Below are positions 17,513 through 27,500 of a stretch of DNA of 64,000 nucleotides, one piece after another. Within the stretch, counting starts at the first letter, position 1. Every line of letters begins with the position of its first letter. The translations under genes and the position numbers were made by a program. The notes beneath the pieces are model-generated. The model was not told the DNA's origin. It saw nothing but the letters and a program-made list of their open reading frames with translations, and made no database searches. This DNA comes from an uncultured Bacteroidales bacterium (lineage in GTDB: Bacteria > Bacteroidota > Bacteroidia > Bacteroidales > ML635J-15): the NCBI GenBank assembly GCA_937899245.1, contig CALDKB010000056.1, positions 347 through 64,346 on the forward strand. The letters run 5' to 3'.

Positions 17513-19246
17513 ATGGGAAGAAAGATAAAATTCTGTTTGGTATACAGAGACATGTGGCAATCGTCGGGAAAATATGTACCGCGTATTGACCAACTAAAGG
17601 AAGTCGCTCCAGCAATAATTAATATGGGGTGTTTTTCGAGAGTAGAGACAAATGGGGGTGCTTTTGAACAGGTTAATCTGCTTTACGGAGAAAATCCGAA
17701 TGCGGCCGTTCGCGAGTGGGTTAAGCCGTTTAAGGAGGCTGGTATAGAAACAATGATGCTCGAAAGGGCGTTGAATGGCCTGCGTATGTATCCTGTGCCA
17801 ACCGACGTTCGTCGTTTGATGTTCAAGGTGAAAAAAGCCCAGGGCGTTGACGTGATACGTTCTTTCTGTGGACTTAACGATACAAGAAACCTTGAATTGT
17901 CGGTAAAGTATGCCAAGGAAGCCGGCCTGATATCGCAGGGAGCATTGAGTATTACCCATTCTAAGATTCATACCATAGAATATTATATGGGCATCGTCGA
18001 CAAGTTAGTGGAGTTCGGCGCCGACGAAATTGGCCTTAAGGATATGGCTGGCGTTGGTCGTCCTGTTACACTTGGAAAACTAACAAAGGCGATAAAGGAT
18101 AAATATCCGAATATAATTGTTCACTATCATGGACATTGCGGTCCGGGATTTTCGCCAACGTCGACACTCGAGGTTGTTAGAAACGGCGCCGATATCATTG
18201 ATGTCGCTGTAGAGCCGCTATCGTGGGGAAAAATCCATCCCGATGTAATTACTATTCGCGAAATGCTTGCCGATGCAGGTTTCGACGTGCCAGATATCAA
18301 TATGGCTGCTTATATGGAAGTACGTCGTTTGAATCAAAAGTTCATTGACGATTTTCTTGGATTCTTTATGGACACCAAGAACAGGCAGAGTTCTTCTTTG
18401 CTTGTCGGCTGCGGACTTCCTGGCGGTATGATGGGCTCAATGATGTCTGACCTGAAGAGTATGCACGGTGCAATAAATGTTGCTTTGCAACAGTTCGGAA
18501 AGCCGCAGGTTACAATCGACGAACTTGTGGTGCAACTTTTCCAGGAAGTAGAATATGTATGGCCAAAACTTGGAAATCCGCCGCTGGTAACTCCTTTCAG
18601 CCAGTATGTCAAGAATATCGCTTTGATGAACATATATGCTATGGCTAACAATCAGGAGAGATTCTCTATGATTGACAAGGACAGCTGGAATATGATTCTT
18701 GGCCGTATGGGTAAATTGCCGGGAACTCTTGCTCCTGAAATATTGAATATTGCGAAGGAAAAAGGCTTTGAGTTCTATACAGGCAATCCACAGGACGAAT
18801 ATCCAGATGCATTGGAAACCTACCGTCAGGAAATGATATCTAAAGGCTGGGATTTCGGTCAGGACGACGAAGAACTTTTCGAGCTTGCAATGCACGATCG
18901 CCAGTACCGCGACTACAAGAGCGGACTTGCAAAGAAACGTTTCAACGAAGAGCTTGAAGCTATCAAGAACAAGGAAAACAAACCTACACAGGTTGAAGAC
19001 GACAAGGACCCGAAAGTTAAAAAGATCAAGGCTCCGGAGACCGGAAAGCTTTTGTTTGCCTTCATTTCGGCACAGTACCAAATTGGCGACCCGATTTCGG
19101 TTGACGAACAATTGTTCTACATTGAATCGAATACAAACTACGAAGTTGTCATCTCCGAATTTGCCGGTACAGTTGGAAAAATTTACCGCAAGCAGGGCGA
19201 CTGGGTACACGCTGGCGATACGATTATGACTATAGTAACTGAATAA
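17513..19246 (+). CDS. Carboxyltransferase subunit of the oxaloacetate decarboxylase alpha / transcarboxylase 5S / pyruvate carboxylase B type, with a degenerate C-terminal biotinyl-like domain
   Basis: 577 aa. It has an HMGL-like TIM-barrel region (DMAGVGRP, HYHGHCGPG) followed by a PYC_OADA-type region. The C-terminal lipoyl/biotinyl-like fold lacks the MKM lysine (IESNTNYEV). Confidence 0.8.
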   Translation: MGRKIKFCLVYRDMWQSSGKYVPRIDQLKEVAPAIINMGCFSRVETNGGAFEQVNLLYGENPNAAVREWVKPFKEAGIETMMLERALNGLRMYPVPTDVRRLMFKVKKAQGVDVIRSFCGLNDTRNLELSVKYAKEAGLISQGALSITHSKIHTIEYYMGIVDKLVEFGADEIGLKDMAGVGRPVTLGKLTKAIKDKYPNIIVHYHGHCGPGFSPTSTLEVVRNGADIIDVAVEPLSWGKIHPDVITIREMLADAGFDVPDINMAAYMEVRRLNQKFIDDFLGFFMDTKNRQSSSLLVGCGLPGGMMGSMMSDLKSMHGAINVALQQFGKPQVTIDELVVQLFQEVEYVWPKLGNPPLVTPFSQYVKNIALMNIYAMANNQERFSMIDKDSWNMILGRMGKLPGTLAPEILNIAKEKGFEFYTGNPQDEYPDALETYRQEMISKGWDFGQDDEELFELAMHDRQYRDYKSGLAKKRFNEELEAIKNKENKPTQVEDDKDPKVKKIKAPETGKLLFAFISAQYQIGDPISVDEQLFYIESNTNYEVVISEFAGTVGKIYRKQGDWVHAGDTIMTIVTE

Positions 19247-19267
19247 CAAGATTTTAAATATTAGGAT

Positions 19268-19299
19268 AAAGGCCGTTCATAAAATGGACGGCCTTTTTT
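19268..19299 (+). terminator. Rho-independent terminator after the carboxyltransferase gene
   Basis: GGCCGTTCAT-aaa-ATGGACGGCC forms a 10-bp stem followed by T6. Confidence 0.8.
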
Positions 19300-19775
19300 A
19301 TTATTTATTGACACCCAATTATATGTCAAATTTTCAATCTTTAGCTAAGCGAAGTTGAAATTGACGGACTTGCATATACAGTACTTATGCAGCCTATTAC
19401 AAACGATTCTATTACACACTACCTTGAAAAAAATCAGAACGTTATATTACTAATGATTTATATATGGGAGATGCTACATATAATCCATCTGTGCCAATTG
19501 CTTATTATGTTGTGCCAAAATTAGAGAATACGGATACCATAAATTTATAAAGAATGAGTTCGAATATGACGGAGAATAACTTGATAGGATTGTGGAAGCA
19601 ATAGTGTTTTTTCTCAAGATATCGGAAGCGGCATGTGCGGAAACGTGTCTGCCTTTTTGGGGAAATAACGAAATGTTGATTTTAAGATTTTGAATTGTCT
19701 TTGGACCATTGATTCAGAAACGGCGTCAGCCATCAAATGTTTTCACATTTCTTTCCTTATACCAAATAATAAAAT

Positions 19776-19783
19776 TAAATTTG
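19776..19783 (+). promoter_or_regulatory. -7 box TAAATTTG upstream of the TonB-dependent receptor
   Basis: Match to TAnnTTTG, 21 nt before ATG 19805. It lies inside the track's longer TTG-initiated ORF, which supports the 19805 start. Confidence 0.4.
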
Positions 19784-19804
19784 CCGTCTAATTTTATTTT
19801 AGGT

Positions 19805-22321
19805 ATGAACCGAAAACTTATATTATTGATTTTCATCTGCCTTTCAACCTCAATGCTGTATGCCCAGACGGACACTACACGTAATGATGACGAAATGCAA
19901 GCCCCGTCTGTCCCAACAATTACGTTGACAGAATCTGAAATTGACGAGGATGCGCAGAACAACGATATTTCAACCTTATTGCAGTCGTCGCAGGATATAT
20001 ATGTGAATTCTGCAGGTTACACCTTCGGTCAGGCGCGATTCCGTTTTCGTGGATACGATAACCAGAACGCCGAAGTGCTTTTGAATGGACTATGCGTAAA
20101 TGATGCTGAAAATGGACGTCCAATATACAGCAACTGGGGCGGATTGAACGATGTGATGCGTTTCAAGACTAATACATCGGCCTTGCATTTTTCCGACTAT
20201 TCTTTTGGCGGTCTTGTCGGAGTAACAAATATCTCGACTCGTGTTTCTGAATTCAAGCAGGGTACAAGTGTCTCGTATGCCAACTCCAACAAGTCGTACC
20301 ATCATAGGCTGATGGCTTCGTACAATACTGGTCTTATGGCAAACGGCTGGGCTTTTTCAGCTGCTGTTTCTACACGTCTGGCACAACAGTGCTACATTGC
20401 CGGAACTTTCTACGAGGGATATGCATATTTCTTTGGCGCCGAAAAGAAAATCAATGAGCACCACAGCTTGGGATTGACAATCTTCGGCTCGCCGTCGCGC
20501 AGCGGAAAGTCGTCGGCTGCAACTGCCGAAACTTACGAACTGCTGGGTTCAAACTACTACAATCCAAACTGGGGTTACCAGAACGGAAAAGTCAGAAACG
20601 CAAAGGTCGGATATTATCATCAGCCGAGAATCATCCTGTCGCATTACTGGGATATCGATAACACAATGAAACTTCAAACTTCTGCATCATATATTTTCGG
20701 CAGAGGTGGAACTACTGCACTTAACTGGTACGATGCTCCGGATCCTCGCCCCGACTACTACAGAAATTTCCCGTCCTACTACGACAACGACATCACAAAC
20801 TTTGAACTGCTGACCAGTCAATGGCAAAACGACGAGAACAAGGGACTTCTCGACTGGGACCAGTTCTATTTTGCAAATCTGAAGAACTTGTACACCGTAA
20901 ATAATGTTGGTGGAAATCCAAACGATTCGATTACAGGCAACCGCGCAAAATACATCATTGAGGAGCGCCGCAACGACGTGAGCCGTTTCGATTTCTCGAC
21001 CAGACTGAGCAAAATCTTCACAGATGAGATAAAGATGGTTGCCGGACTCAATTATATGGCAAACCAGACGCATTATTTCAAGGTTATCGACGATTTGCTT
21101 GGCGCCGACTGGTGGCTCGACGTAGACCAGTTTGCCGAACGCGATTTCAACGACGAAAACTATATACAGTCAGATATTGATAATCCAAACCAAGTAAAGA
21201 GGGAAGGAGACATTTTCGGCTACAACTACATTGCCAACATTCATAAGGTTGATGGTTTTGCCGAGGCCGAATTCAAGTATTCTAAAGTTGAATTCTTCGG
21301 CGCATTGAAGCTTACTTATACCGAATTCTGGCGTGACGGTAAGATGCGTAACGGAAAATTTACCGAGAACTCGTATGGCGCATCAAAGCATCAGCGTTTC
21401 TTCAACTATGCTGTAAAAGCCGGATTGAACTATAAGATTACCGGTCGTAACTTTATCTTGCTGAACGGAACTTATTTGACAAGGGCTCCGTATTTTCGCA
21501 ATGCATATGTTTCGCCACGAACACGCGACAACCTTGTTACAAACCTTACAAGCGAAACAATCTTCTCCGGCGATTTGAGCTATCTGTACCGTTCTCCGAA
21601 TTTCCAGATAAAGATTTCGGGATACTATACAGAATTTCGTGACGGAACCGAAAGCACTAGTTTCTATCACGATGAACTTAACACATTTGTCAACTATATG
21701 ATGACTGGTGTCAATAAGGTTCATTACGGAGGCGAACTTGGTACCGAAGTAAAAATTTCACCAACTATTACAGCTACAGGTGCTGTTGGATACGGAAAAT
21801 ACTTATATAACAGCCGACCTTCTGTAACAATTGCTCAGGATAACAGCTCGGAAGTGCTTGCAACCGACCGCACCGTTTACATCAAGAACTACCACGTTGG
21901 TGGAACTCCAGAACTCGCTGCAACAATCGGTCTCAAGTATTCGGCTCCAAAGTACTGGTATATTGGCGCAAATGCCAACTATTTCGGCGAGAACTATGTA
22001 ACCTTGAATCCAGAAAAACATACTGCCGAAGCATTGGACATCTTCGTTGTTGGCGACCCTCAGCTTGAGCAGATACTCGGTCAGGAAAAGCTAAAAGGTG
22101 GATTTACACTTGACGTTTATGGTGGAAAATCTTGGAGAATCCAGAGAAAATATTCACTCGGATTTACTGCAAGCATCTCTAATATCTTGAACAACAAGAA
22201 TATTGCAACAAGCGGTTTCGAGCAGTATCGTTTCGACAAGACAAATATAGACAAGTTCCCGAACAAGTATTACTACATGTACGGAATCACATATTTCCTT
22301 AACTTATATTTCAGATTCTAA
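19805..22321 (+). CDS. TonB-dependent outer-membrane receptor (no SusD partner, no CarboxypepD_reg domain)
   Basis: Signal peptide MNRKLILLIFICLSTSMLYAQ. Plug motifs DISTLLQSSQDIYV and RFRGYDNQNAEVLLNGLCVNDAENG. Long beta-barrel ending in an aromatic residue (LYFRF). Confidence 0.85.
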   Translation: MNRKLILLIFICLSTSMLYAQTDTTRNDDEMQAPSVPTITLTESEIDEDAQNNDISTLLQSSQDIYVNSAGYTFGQARFRFRGYDNQNAEVLLNGLCVNDAENGRPIYSNWGGLNDVMRFKTNTSALHFSDYSFGGLVGVTNISTRVSEFKQGTSVSYANSNKSYHHRLMASYNTGLMANGWAFSAAVSTRLAQQCYIAGTFYEGYAYFFGAEKKINEHHSLGLTIFGSPSRSGKSSAATAETYELLGSNYYNPNWGYQNGKVRNAKVGYYHQPRIILSHYWDIDNTMKLQTSASYIFGRGGTTALNWYDAPDPRPDYYRNFPSYYDNDITNFELLTSQWQNDENKGLLDWDQFYFANLKNLYTVNNVGGNPNDSITGNRAKYIIEERRNDVSRFDFSTRLSKIFTDEIKMVAGLNYMANQTHYFKVIDDLLGADWWLDVDQFAERDFNDENYIQSDIDNPNQVKREGDIFGYNYIANIHKVDGFAEAEFKYSKVEFFGALKLTYTEFWRDGKMRNGKFTENSYGASKHQRFFNYAVKAGLNYKITGRNFILLNGTYLTRAPYFRNAYVSPRTRDNLVTNLTSETIFSGDLSYLYRSPNFQIKISGYYTEFRDGTESTSFYHDELNTFVNYMMTGVNKVHYGGELGTEVKISPTITATGAVGYGKYLYNSRPSVTIAQDNSSEVLATDRTVYIKNYHVGGTPELAATIGLKYSAPKYWYIGANANYFGENYVTLNPEKHTAEALDIFVVGDPQLEQILGQEKLKGGFTLDVYGGKSWRIQRKYSLGFTASISNILNNKNIATSGFEQYRFDKTNIDKFPNKYYYMYGITYFLNLYFRF

Positions 22322-22333
22322 AAGATTTACAAT

Positions 22334-23131
22334 ATGAAAAGGTATTTTTCAGTCATAGTGTTGCTAGTCGTTGCGGCAATAATGTCGTTCTCTTCGTGCG
22401 AAAGAGAACTCGACGTACCTGAAATTACGCAACTCGATGCTGCACATACGCTAACGATTTCAGACATATATAAGATGCATGCCGACAGTGGCGACTATTA
22501 TACTTTCGATGACAACTATATGTTGTTCGGAACAATCACCATGGACGACAGCCACGACAATATCTACAAGGAGGCATATCTTCAGGATACAACTGGTGGT
22601 ATTAATTTGTACAAGCTAGGTTCTGCCGGACTTGTAAAAGTTGGCGACCGTGTACGCATTAACCTTAAAGGTGCTATGATTGTCGATTACAGTGGAAAAA
22701 TGGAAATTAGTTTTGCCAATATTGAGGAAGTATCAACTCAAATAATACTTCAGGAAAGCGGAGTGCCGATTACACCGGAAGAGGTTACAATGACGCAGGT
22801 AAACGACAATCCGGCATATTACGACTGTCGTCTTGTAAAACTTACCGATGTGCAGTTTGCCGCAAGCGATACAGCCCTGACTTATGCAGTTGAAAGCGGC
22901 TCGGCTACGCAAAACCGTAATATGGTGAGCTGTGATGGATATAAAGTTGTGGCTCGTAATAGCGACTATTCAGATTTTGCAGGCGAGGCATTGCCGAATG
23001 GCAAAGGAAGTCTTGTGGGAATTATGACACGTTATATACGTTCTAGTTCAAATGGCAGCACGACAACGACTTATCAAATAATTATTCGTTCTTCGTCGGA
23101 GGTTGAAATGGAAAACGAAAGGTGCAACTAA
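22334..23131 (+). CDS. Lipoprotein with an OB-fold-like DUF5689-type domain (copy 1)
   Basis: Lipobox IMSFSSC. Contains FGTITMDDSHDNIYKEAYLQDTTGGINLY ... VGDRVRINLKGAMIVDYSGKMEI. It is a paralogue of the next gene. The family name is recalled, not searched. Confidence 0.55.
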   Translation: MKRYFSVIVLLVVAAIMSFSSCERELDVPEITQLDAAHTLTISDIYKMHADSGDYYTFDDNYMLFGTITMDDSHDNIYKEAYLQDTTGGINLYKLGSAGLVKVGDRVRINLKGAMIVDYSGKMEISFANIEEVSTQIILQESGVPITPEEVTMTQVNDNPAYYDCRLVKLTDVQFAASDTALTYAVESGSATQNRNMVSCDGYKVVARNSDYSDFAGEALPNGKGSLVGIMTRYIRSSSNGSTTTTYQIIIRSSSEVEMENERCN

Positions 23132-23144
23132 ATAATATGAATAT

Positions 23145-24374
23145 ATGAAAAGCATAATCAAGATATTGGCAATAACAACGGCAATAGTGCCGGCATTTAT
23201 GTTCAGCGGTTGCATACAAGGTAAATATGAAATGCCCGAAGTTGATGAAATACCGGCTGGCGACACCATAACGATTACTCGTTTGTGGGAGATGTACGAC
23301 TCGCTTGTTGCAACAGGAGGTGGGACATATAAGTTTACTGAGGATTGCTCGGTATATGGATATATAACAATGTCCGACAAGATTGGTAACATCTACAAGT
23401 CGGCCTACTTGCAGGGCGGTCCGGAAGACGACAAGGCGATAAATTTGCATTTATTGTCCACCGGTGGTGTTTACGAAGGCGATTATGTAAGGGTTTACCT
23501 AAAAGGACTTGTTCTTGGTGACTATAGCGGTATGATCCAGCTGGATTCGGTACATGTCGACAATAACATCACAAAACTGGATACTCATAGATTTTTGGAA
23601 CCTGAAATTGTTGGAATTGAGTCGATTAATACTAACGAATATGTCGGAAAACTTGTTAAGCTTACGGGAGTGCAGTTTCAAAAAGCTTATGTTGGTACCA
23701 CTTATGCAGATAAGCCTGGCAAGAAAACTGTAAACACTTACATCGAGGACGAATTGGACAATACATTGATTGTTCGCACAAGCGGCTATGCAAGTTTCGC
23801 CGGTGATACAATTCCGCGCGGATCTGGCTCTCTGGTTGCAATCGTTGGAAAGTACAATACAGAATATCAAATGTATATCCGCAATACTTCTGAAGTGCAG
23901 ATGACAAACAGACGCTTCGGTGAGGTGGATGAAATTTTTGCTTTTGACCTTGATGATGTTGCTACAGGCGAATTCTCCGAATCGGGCTGGCAGAATATTG
24001 CAAAGCAAGGAACCGCAAAATGGATGTGTACGCAAACACAAGACGGAAATGTTTTCAGCATTGGCGGCAAAGCATCGGAACAGAACGAGACATGGCTGAT
24101 AACTCCGGAAATCACTTTGGTCGCCAATTCAATGCTAAGCTTCAAGACCAGAATGATTACAGCTGGAAATTCGTTAAAAGCAATGATATCTACAGATGGC
24201 GGTGAAAACTGGAATGAAATTCCAGCAAATATTGCAACGTCAACCGACTGGGCAATTTCTGGCAATGTCAGTCTTGCACAATATTCTGGCAATGTGCGTA
24301 TTGCCTTCAAGTTTGAAAGTCCAGTGGGTATTGCTGGCAAATTTTTCATCGACGATTTTGTCGTTTTCCAGTAA
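23145..24374 (+). CDS. Lipoprotein with a DUF5689-type domain (copy 2) plus a C-terminal choice-of-anchor-J / MAM-like domain
   Basis: Lipobox FMFSGC. Contains YGYITMSDKIGNIYKSAYLQ ... GDYVRVYLKGLVLGDYSGMIQL. C-terminal GWQNIAKQGTAKW...ETWLITPEITL...STDGGENW...FIDDFVVFQ. Confidence 0.55.
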   Translation: MKSIIKILAITTAIVPAFMFSGCIQGKYEMPEVDEIPAGDTITITRLWEMYDSLVATGGGTYKFTEDCSVYGYITMSDKIGNIYKSAYLQGGPEDDKAINLHLLSTGGVYEGDYVRVYLKGLVLGDYSGMIQLDSVHVDNNITKLDTHRFLEPEIVGIESINTNEYVGKLVKLTGVQFQKAYVGTTYADKPGKKTVNTYIEDELDNTLIVRTSGYASFAGDTIPRGSGSLVAIVGKYNTEYQMYIRNTSEVQMTNRRFGEVDEIFAFDLDDVATGEFSESGWQNIAKQGTAKWMCTQTQDGNVFSIGGKASEQNETWLITPEITLVANSMLSFKTRMITAGNSLKAMISTDGGENWNEIPANIATSTDWAISGNVSLAQYSGNVRIAFKFESPVGIAGKFFIDDFVVFQ

Positions 24375-24396
24375 AGAAAATCAACCACAATAAATA

Positions 24397-24430
24397 AAGC
24401 ATGTCTTTCTAATGAAAGGCATGCTTTTTT
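24397..24430 (+). terminator. Rho-independent terminator after the TonB-receptor operon
   Basis: AAGCATGTCTTTC-taat-GAAAGGCATGCTT forms a 13-bp stem with one G.U pair, followed by T6. Confidence 0.8.
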
Positions 24431-24565
24431 AATAAATAACTATGCAAAATTTGAGAGAATGTTTGTTATTGGTTATGCAACCTAAAATGTTGGTATAATA
24501 TATTTTAAAAAAAATATTAGTGGTATAGAATTTATTAAATTGCAAACGGGTAATTTTAATTAAAA

Positions 24566-27500
24566 ATGCTTATGAAACGTATTGTTTTTTTATTGATTTT
24601 ATGTTGTCTTTGTGCGGTAGGTTTCGCCCAAAATGGACGAATTCAACTCTCACCATCGACGCATAAAAGTGGTAGTTTGCAATCCAACACAATGTCTGGA
24701 TTTAATACTACATTTTCGTTCACATCAATTGAAAGCCAATTGATTTCGAACGACAAGGGAACGTTTTCGGAGATTTCGGTTGACGGATCATTTCCATACG
24801 GAGAAGTTGGTAATCCATCACTTCCTATGGTAACACGTATGGTTGTTATTCCTCAGGGTGCCACGCCAACAGTCACGGTAAATAATTATTCTGAAACTGA
24901 ATATTATTTAGCCGACTACGACATTAACACCTTGTCGGCAATGCAGGCTCCTGTACGAAAGGATATCGACCCAACAAGTGTCGAGTATGTTGTAAATAGG
25001 GCTGCATACGAGCAAAATACGTACACAGCAGACGAAATCGCCTCTATCGAGTATGTCGGTACAATCCGTGGCTTGCGTGTCGGTAAACTTACAGTTCGCC
25101 CTGTGGCATACAATGCTGCTGAAAATTCAATAAAGGTTTATAACGACGTTGATGTCTCGATAAACTTTGAAGGAGCAAACGCCGCTCTTAGCCAGGATAT
25201 GTTTGCAAGTACATACAGTCCTGCATTCAATAGCGTGTACGACCAGTTTATGAATATTGGTATTTTTGATTTTAATAGGAATTCGGGAGCTAAGAATGCA
25301 TACGACGATCACCCCGACTTGTACAATACTCCTGTTAGAATGCTTGTTATTTGCTACTCGGGCTTTAGAAATAATGTTAAACTGAGCCAGTGGCTGACAT
25401 GGAAATTGCAAAAGGGTTATTATGTGGATATTTTCTACACCGACGAAACCGGAACAACATCTTCAAATATAGCAAGTTTCATAAGGACAAAATATAATGC
25501 ATCAGTTTCTGCTGGCAATGCATATTCTTACCTTATTGTGATAGGTGATACAGGACAAGTTCCTCAGTATGGACAGAATAATATTGATTCTGATATAGGT
25601 AACTGCGCTTACGACCTTGGTTACTCGTCTATCGACTATGCTAGCAACGGAGATTATTTCCCTGATATGTTCTACAGCCGTATTTCGGTTGAAAACACTA
25701 CACATCTTGATAATTACATTGAGAAAGTCTTGACATACGAAAAGTATGAATTCGCTGATGGTGGTAATTATCTTAATAATGTTATTCTTGTCGGAGGCTG
25801 GGATTCAAACTGGACATCAAGAGTAGCAAGACCGACAATAAATTATGGTTCTACAAACTATTTTAACTCTTCAAACACCACTTATGGCGGCTTCGGCTCG
25901 GGTACTATTAGTGCAACGGTATCAACATCAGGATCGGCAGGATATTCAGGTTCAAACAATGGTGTCTATAATGGAATTAACGATGGTGTATGTTTCTTGA
26001 ATTATACTGCTCATGGAGACAAGCAGGAGTGGTATCAACCGAAACTTACAGCAGCGCAGGTTGCAACATTAACCAACAATGATAAGTATTTCTTTGGCGT
26101 TGGTAACTGCTGTTTGACCGGTAACTTCAATAATACTACAACATCATATTCACCAGGTTCACAAATTGGAACAAATGCATGTTTTGCCGAAGCAATGATT
26201 CGTGTACCAAAGGCTGGTGCAGTTGCATACGTAGGTTGTTCGCCATATTCTTATTGGTACGAAGATTTCTACTGGGCTGTTGGCGCACATTCTTATAGCC
26301 AGGGCAACTATCCTTCTGTTTCCGGTTCGTCAATGGGTGCATACGACGCAATGTTTGTTGACGAGTATTGGAACTCGGCATCTTCTCTGCTTTATGTGGG
26401 TAACCTCGCTGTTGAACAGGCAGAAAATTCAAACTATACGACATCTGTTGGTGCTGAGTATTATTTCCAATATTATCATACTTTTGGCGACGGTTCCGTA
26501 ATGCCATATATTACAAAGCCGGAGGTTAACAATGTTACTGTTCCTTCTTCCATAATGGCGGGGGCAACATCAATTTCTGTTAATGCTGTTGCTGGTTCAT
26601 ACGTTGCTGTAACAGATAACGAGTCTACAATTTATGGTGTGGCAGTCGCAAATGCTTCGGGTGTTGCTAACGTTAGCCTGAGCAATGTTCCGTCTGTTGG
26701 AAATGTCTATGTTGTTGTTACTCGCCAGCAGTATCAGCCGTATTTTGCTACGGTTACTGTGATTACACCAAATCCACCGGTTGCAGATTTTACAGGAACC
26801 CCAACAACTATTCTCGAGCGCGAGTCGGTTGCCTTTACTAGCACTTCGGAATATGCAGCTACTTTCCTATGGAATTTTGGCGATGGACAAACTTCAACAT
26901 TAGCAAATCCAGTTCATACTTATATGAACCCAGGAACATATACGGTAAGTCTTCGTGTTGAAAACAATCTTGGCAACGATAGTAAGACTAGGACCAACTA
27001 TATTACTGTAAACCAGAATACAAATCCTCCAGTTGCAGATTTCTCTGCAGATCCAACTTCGGTAGAACAAGGTGGTACGGTAACTTTTAGCGATTTGTCT
27101 AATAATATCCCAACTTCATGGTCATGGACTTTTGAAGGTGGTACACCTGCTACATCTACAGAACAAAATCCAACAGTTACTTACAGTGAGCCAGGTGACT
27201 ATACAGTAACACTTACAGTTACTAACGCATATGGAACCGATACCGAAACCAAGACAGAATACATTTCGGTATTCTATCCAGAAATCATTATGAGTAACGA
27301 GACAATTTATGTTTGTGGTGGAACATACAAGGACCCGTCTGGAGATAATGATTATGGAAACAATGCAAATTATACACAAACAATTTATCCTAGTACGGAG
27401 GGTGCTTTTATAAGGATGACATTCAGCCAGTTCTCGCTCGAGGCTTCATCGGGAACAAGATGTTATGACAAGTTCTACATTTACGATGGAACATCGGCTT

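Noticed and set aside
22334-24374. The two adjacent lipoprotein genes as one gene split by a frameshift (a pseudogene).
   Set aside because: Each has its own ATG, its own lipoprotein signal peptide with a lipobox Cys, and a complete copy of the shared domain. They are paralogues, not fragments.
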